A stretch of DNA of 63,702 bases, the filler included, from Klebsormidium nitens (Eukaryota > Plantae > Klebsormidiophyceae): assembly GCA_000708835.1 (NCBI GenBank). It is 5 parts of 5 records of this genome, joined end to end, with 100 filler letters (N's around TTAATTAATTAA, not from the genome) between each part and the next. Parts side by side here need not be neighbours in the genome. Positions count along the whole stretch, not along the records: positions 51,666 to 62,330 come from DF238149.1; positions 62,431 to 63,702 come from DF238270.1; 3 more parts are not named here. One strand, 5' to 3'. The notes beneath the pieces were generated by a model, which was not told the origin of the DNA, made no database searches, and worked only from the letters and a program-made list of their open reading frames with translations. Shown one piece after another: positions 58,601 to 63,702 of the stretch. Within the stretch, counting starts at the first letter, position 1. Every line of letters starts with the position of its first letter. The position numbers were made by a program, and so were the translations under genes.

Positions 58601-59818
58601 GAGCTTCGGTTAAAATCTTGCAACCCACAGCCAATCACAGCACAGGGACGAACCTCACAGACATGACAGCCTAACATTTCTGCAGGCTGGAAGCACAATT
58701 GACCCACCTGTACATCAATGACCTGAGACCAGTCCTCCTTGACTGTGACTGTGTAGCTCAGAAGGTGCTCAGACTCATACAAATCGTTCTGGGCCCAGCC
58801 AAGCTCGTGGTACCGAACTACCATCCCAAGCTCAAACTTGCAGCTTGTATCTGATGCACTGAAGGTGACTTCAGGCAGCGCTTCGATCAACTCCTTGATT
58901 GCCGACCTGCAAGCATGGTAAAGAAGACCAGTCAGCTAACACTCGAGCTGGTTGGTTGAAATCAGGGAAAGCTGTTTCCGTGCAGGCATTTGCGAAGTCC
59001 AAATGAGTAGAATGCTCGGTGCATAACATTTCTGCTTGGATGTTGACACTCCTAGCAACTTTCACGCCTTTTCTTGTAGGCAACAGATGGATCCCATGAC
59101 AAGCAGGACGGAAGCAGTGCAGCAAGTGTGCTGTAACTTACATGCTGTACTGCGGCGCGCAGCCAGAAGAATGGGAAACAGGGGCGGCTGGACGAGCAGG
59201 GGACTGTCCAATGACGAGCCGGCGTCTCACGGCAGCAGGGGAAGGGGCAGGAGAAGAGGGATCCCCTTCAAAGAAATGCGGGGATGGGCAGTCCGGAAAG
59301 AGGTTCTCGTGGGCTGAGGGAGAGGGGCTACAGACTGGAGCGGTTTGCAGCTGGGGCTGAGGACTGCGAGCTGCTGACGACGGCGCAGCTGGATGCACCT
59401 GAAGCTGGGGGGATGGAGCAGACATACTGGGGGCAGCAGTGTCGGCCTTGGACATTTTCCTTGGCCTTTCTGTGAAGTCTACCTCAACAAACTTCCGCTT
59501 CTCCCTACGTGAATCGATGATTTGCTGGTAATCTGGATCTGCTTTCCCTTTTGTGACCTTCCTGCCTCGTTCATGCAGCGTCTGGACATACTTTTGAGCC
59601 TTCCTTCTCAGGCCTCCCTTGCCCAAAAAATCCACCCCTCTTTGCTTTGCCAGACTCCTCAGCTCCTTCTCAATGCCTCTCTGCAGTTCAGCTGGCAGGT
59701 CGTGCCACAAAGGTGGCGCACCAGTATGCTCATCAACGAGTATCCTCTGCCGCACAACTTCTCTCATGCTCTCTGCAATGTCCAATGTGGTCTGATCCGT
59801 CTTTCTTGAAGGCGCCAT
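55663..59818 (-). CDS. Spliced gene ending in a Ulp1/SENP (peptidase C48) SUMO-protease domain; one apparent 1-bp frameshift
   Basis: VFDSFFLK...LFSYRYWLLPFCD|RLHWSLLIL...CIIHLDSL (His 56603-56605, Asp 56525-56527)|...TKAL|VPQQRAGSDDCGLHVL (Cys 55849-55851). An extra A at 56487-56489 would restore IEKYLRW. Upstream exons from MAPSRKTDQ (59818) end at plausible donors. Confidence 0.8.
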
Positions 59819-60620
59819 TTTCTACAGACTGCCTATTGCCCACACAATTCTGGCGGCCTAGCTCAACTGTGCAAAAGACTGCAGACAACCGAAAGCACAG
59901 TAAGTGAGGCACAGTCTGCGATTCACTTCTCAGCAGAAACCCACCATAATGCTGCAGGAACTCAACAGAACACCCCATGCAACCTCACGGGGCAGTTATG
60001 GTGATTTTCGGCCCGGCGGAACTTTGCCGCAGACCAATATATTTGGGTCGCGCACCGTACCATATTCCGACGAAATCGCGAATTTCAGCGGGCGAAACTG
60101 CGGGGTCATGTAGGACCTCGGCGAGTACTTCCCCCGATATTCCCCCGAGAAAATTCCCATATGCCCCAAAAATTTCTACTTTGTGGCAATTTGCCTTGAA
60201 AAAGGGCCTTGACATATGGCTTTACAACTGCAAATTTAAGAGACATGTATGTGGGAAAGTTATGCAGCACCTCCAAGAAGATGTTGACAAGATATACTGA
60301 GCTTTGTAGAGCACTTTCCTAAGCTTTTGTCATGATGCTGGCGCCATTGTTCATCCATGGTGGCTTGAGGCTTGTCCACCATTCTTCTTGCTTCTCTGTG
60401 GGAAGGTGTTCTCAATCCAGACCTTGACACTCAAACTTTTAGAGGCCAGAGATCGCCAAGGTGGGGGTCATTCCGGTAGGCCTGGCAAGGGGGGGGGTCA
60501 GCTGCCGCGTTTGGGAAAAACTGAAATATGCCCCGGGCACTTGTATGTGTCTAGCTGTTAGGTAGAACGTCCGCCCGGTGATTCACAACGGTCACGCAGA
60601 ATTTCAAACTTTCCTACCTA

Positions 60621-60901
60621 CCGTACCAACACGCCGGTTGGGCAGATTTTTGCCCAATAATTAATTACGTACGTTTTGAAATTTGGGCAACTCATTTTGG
60701 AATTTTTGAGAAATTTGAAATTTTTGGAATATATGGTCAACAACCCTTTTTTTACCAGCCAAAAATGATCAAAGATCAGTTATTAGATTTTTGACTCATT
60801 TGAAAATTTGGGCAGAATGAAAAGCAGAATATAAATATTATTGCAAATTTTGGGCAAAATCAAAAACAATTAATTGATGCCCAACCGGCGTGTTGGTACG
60901 G
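60621..60901. mobile_element. Tc1/mariner-pogo-type MITE (281 bp, TA TSD)
   Basis: Perfect 24-bp TIR CCGTACCAACACGCCGGTTGGGCA (60621-60644; 60878-60901), TA on both flanks, AT-rich interior. Confidence 0.92.
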
Positions 60902-61320
60902 TACTGGTAGGTACTACCTACCGAGTACGTGGTACAGTACGCAGTGCGCACGGTACCTACCTGGGTACCCATGCAGGCCACTACCGGCATACAAATCAGC
61001 TACGGTAGGTACCTACCCTTCTACCTGCATACCTAGGTACATAGGACATAGGTACTAGCTCCTGTACCGTACCGACGGTACCGTGCCTATCAATTTAGAA
61101 GGTACCGCTACCTTGGTGTACTGCAGGTACCCAGGTAGGCTTTACCTGATACGTAGTCTACCTGGTACCTACCGCCTTGCTGACCCCGGTTGCTTGGTGC
61201 ACCTCCAAGTTGGACACTACCGAGGCAGTGCAGGTACCTAGGTAGTACCGGTACCCCTTGTCGGCCGCCCCGGCCCGCCGTAGGTATATACTACCTACGT
61301 ACGTATACCGTACCTAGAGC
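60902..61320. repeat. TACCTA/TAGGTA/GGTACC-rich tract (putative concatenated transposon footprints)
   Basis: By manual count, 8 TACCTA, 6 TAGGTA and 3 TACCGTA/TACGGTA in ~420 bp. Confidence 0.8.
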
Positions 61321-61832
61321 ATTGGGCGGTGTCACACTTCCTCCGAAGTGCAAATGGTGAAGCCCGGGGCAAAATCGCCCGGGATTTGCCCCAATTTTAC
61401 GGCATTATTGCGCGCCGCATAAAAAGTCCGGGCGCAGCGCCGGCGGGAGCACGGCGCACGGACATGTAATTAATCGTGCGATTTGTCCACGGTCTTCGCG
61501 CGGAACCCGCCGCAATTTTGCCCCGGGCCGAAAAGCACCGTAACTGTCCCGTGCTAAGAGCCTGCCTCCACTGCCCGCTGGAGAGGCATTCTTCCTGGGA
61601 ATAGCCTCTGAAGTGAGCAGATGAGACCGTAGTGAGCTTTGGAATCTGGCTGCCAAATTTACCCAGAAATTTGTTCTGCTTCTACAAATTCGAAAGCTGT
61701 GCGTTCCTGCAAAATCGGTTTAGTTACTGTCGCGGGGGTTTTAACCCTTGGGCGTTCGCAGGATCAGGTGGGGCCAAAACTAGCACTCTTTAAAACAAAT
61801 GCAAAACAATTCAGAAAAAAAGAAACTTTGAC

Positions 61833-61910
61833 GGTCGATGGTGGGAATCGATCCCGGGACCCTTTGGTATGTTGGTATACCCCGGTCGGTTCCGAAAAGT
61901 ACACTCGGAC
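61833..61910 (-). other. Degenerate tRNA-like sequence followed by T7
   Basis: 78 nt with a GGTAT/ATACC stem, a B-box-like GGGATCGATTCCC, a 3' CATCGACC and an oligo-T 11 nt downstream. The D-arm/A-box and T-stem are imperfect. Confidence 0.3.
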
Positions 61911-62430
61911 GGTCGGAAACGTACACATGTACACCCGCCGTACTCGCCGCTGAAATGTCAGCACTTGTCAGCACTTGTCAGATTTCAACGGAATGATGAC
62001 CTTATGACACGTTTCAGCTCGTCATTTGATGAAAACTTGGCCGAATTGAGCTCGGTTTCGTGCTACTGGTAGCTAAAGACGGTTTCCGACCGGTGTACCG
62101 GTAGACTTTTGACCTACTGGTCGGGACCCGGTAGGTTCTGGTGAGTGCCCGGTTGATGACGGAAAATGGAGAAAGTACAAAAGGGCGACCCATGAAAGTC
62201 GGACCAAACGAGCATTTCCGGTGGGCACATTTGGTCACGGCCCCCCTCTAGTGAAACTCTAGGGCACTGTATTGTCACTTTGAATTTTGGGGCCCAGACC
62301 CGGTTGGTGGCGGGGGGTTATATTTGAATANNNNNNNNNNNNNNNNNNNNNNNNNNNNNNNNNNNNNNNNNNNNTTAATTAATTAANNNNNNNNNNNNNN
62401 NNNNNNNNNNNNNNNNNNNNNNNNNNNNNN

Positions 62431-63240
62431 TTCCAAACTTGGACCCAAGCGACTGTCCTTTAAGCTTGGACTTCCCACACGTCCTGTTTTGGGTGCATCA
62501 ATTGGTGCTCCCAGACCCTTGACTCCTTCCTCCTCTTCAATTGATGCCCCACTATGACTCGCACGATTGTTGACCAATTCCGCGAGCCAGGTGGGCATAC
62601 CTTGGCACGCTTCATAGCTGGGAGGTCCATTTATCCATTCATACGTTGCAAGCTCGCCATGAGCATTCGAGTAGCTTGTTGGTGAAGCGAACACGACACC
62701 ACCAATTCCTCTTCCATCAACGCAAAACGTCCTGTCGTCGACCTTGAGACCCTGAAAATTTCGTCTCCACGTGAGACCTGGAGAGTCGAGCTTGAAGTAC
62801 AAGTGCAATCCACCAGAGCCGGTCCTTGCTTTCAGTGTCTCCGGCTCCCCGTGGATCTCAACAAGTTGCTGCCAGAGCTCGGTCCCTGGTCGCTTGCCCC
62901 CTTTTGCAGCTACATCAATGTCGATCACATACACTCGACTGACTCCTGCAAGTATTGCAAGCCCGTTTGCATCTCGCTTTTCCTTCATCGCTTGATTGAT
63001 GGACCGCCCCCATGCCTCTGTATCTTTGATATGTGCATACTTGTCAGGAAACTCAGCTTGCTTCGAGCCTCTATTCCGATCCCAAGAGACGGACACTGGG
63101 AGTGCGTATAAGCCGTTGTTACAGAGTCGTTGGATCTCGTTCCTGATGCTGACGGGTCCTAGGGCTTTTGGGTCTCTGGCTGTCTGAGCCTTCCCCTGGG
63201 ATCGAGAGGCGTTTGCCCGTTCAACATCCGACGTAGCCAT
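62431..63240 (-). CDS. Bifunctional DNA primase/polymerase (Prim-Pol, AEP superfamily) N-terminal domain; virus/PLV-like; 3' end in gap
   Basis: Intronless. NGLAILAG, VIDIDV (motif I), ARTGSGGLHLYF (motif II), VDGRGIGGVVFASPT (motif III), then YEW...MPTWLAELV. Confidence 0.88.
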
Positions 63241-63346
63241 TCCTTTCTATACTCCAGTGAGGAAAGAAAATTAGACGATTGAAACGCGCTCCCTCGGCAT
63301 CTGCGTTCTCGTACCACTTTTTTTCGAAGCTTCATTGTAGGGCGTC
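63241..63346. promoter_or_regulatory. Compact divergent intergenic region between Prim-Pol and a small ORF
   Basis: 106 bp between head-to-head ATGs. Promoter function is inferred from the arrangement only. Confidence 0.3.
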
Positions 63347-63682
63347 ATGGTCCAAAGCACAAGTTCTTTGATCGACACCAACACTTATCCATGCCATTGC
63401 CGCGTTTGTGAGACGAGTCGCGCTTACCAAAAGGAGCACCATGTGGAACACGCGCAAACCGTTCGAAGATACTATGGCCGAAATCGGGAGAACATCCTCA
63501 TGCAAAAAGCATACAAACGCTTGCTTACCGGTACCACAAGAAAGCTCCACAAAGCCACAATTCGACGCTTGATAGACGCCGGGTATGATGTGCCCCGAAC
63601 GGCTGTCCCCTCGGACATAGGAGGCGATTCCAAAGCCCCCACCGTTCCTTTAAGTGCGTTCACAAGCATCGAAGTCTCCTGA
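63347..63682 (+). CDS. Small basic protein with CxCxxC and a RRYYxRNRExIL-type motif
   Basis: 111 aa ORF: CHCRVCETSRAYQKEH...RRYYGRNRENILMQKAYKR. Similar motifs occur in small DNA-binding proteins of large DNA viruses and mobile elements; no specific family assigned. Confidence 0.55.
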   Translation: MVQSTSSLIDTNTYPCHCRVCETSRAYQKEHHVEHAQTVRRYYGRNRENILMQKAYKRLLTGTTRKLHKATIRRLIDAGYDVPRTAVPSDIGGDSKAPTVPLSAFTSIEVS

Positions 63683-63702
63683 ATGAGGGGTAAGTGGCAA
63701 GA

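Larger units (their letters stand above)
59986..61553. mobile_element. Non-autonomous TIR element (CAC...GTG ends, 2-bp TSD CT), CMC/EnSpm-like, with nested insertions
   Basis: TIR CACGGGGCAGTTATGGTGATTTTCGGCCCGG (59986-60016) versus 61523-61553, 28/31 match. CT lies on both flanks. GCCCCGGGC subterminal motifs. Confidence 0.88.

Noticed and set aside
61830-61850. LTR primer-binding site
   Set aside because: It starts CGG rather than TGG, is not preceded by an LTR-ending CA, and no LTR or gag-pol is nearby.

Overview
Eukaryotic nuclear scaffold, not prokaryotic: genes are intron-rich (GT-AG, at least one GC-AG) and their products resemble streptophyte proteins. A charophyte alga such as Klebsormidium is my inference. 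The left two-thirds holds host genes: a MYND-finger gene (3' part), an MTP1-type Zn/cation diffusion facilitator with a very long His/Gly loop, a ~18 kb MED23 gene, an ACR3 arsenite exporter, a disabled NLR-like gene (four-helix/MLKL-like N-terminus, degenerate NB-ARC, LRR) and an Ig-like/multi-TM gene. The right third (48.9-63.7 kb) is a mobile-DNA island: an L1/Tx1-like LINE, two CAC...GTG TIR elements with 2-bp TSDs, a TA-targeting pogo/Tc1-like MITE, a spliced Ulp1/SUMO-protease gene and an intronless virus-like Prim-Pol gene with a small divergent partner. The most unusual signals are (1) a ~420 bp tract packed with TA-CC-TA/TA-GG-TA motifs, exactly the excision footprints predicted for the adjacent MITE; (2) introns built from tandem copies of their own splice junctions, some differing from the exon mostly at synonymous sites; (3) the Prim-Pol/Ulp1 island. 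Four 100-bp N gaps with a TTAATTAATTAA spacer and one 20-N gap hide junctions. All homology calls come from motif recognition by eye, not database searches, and exon coordinates were derived manually.
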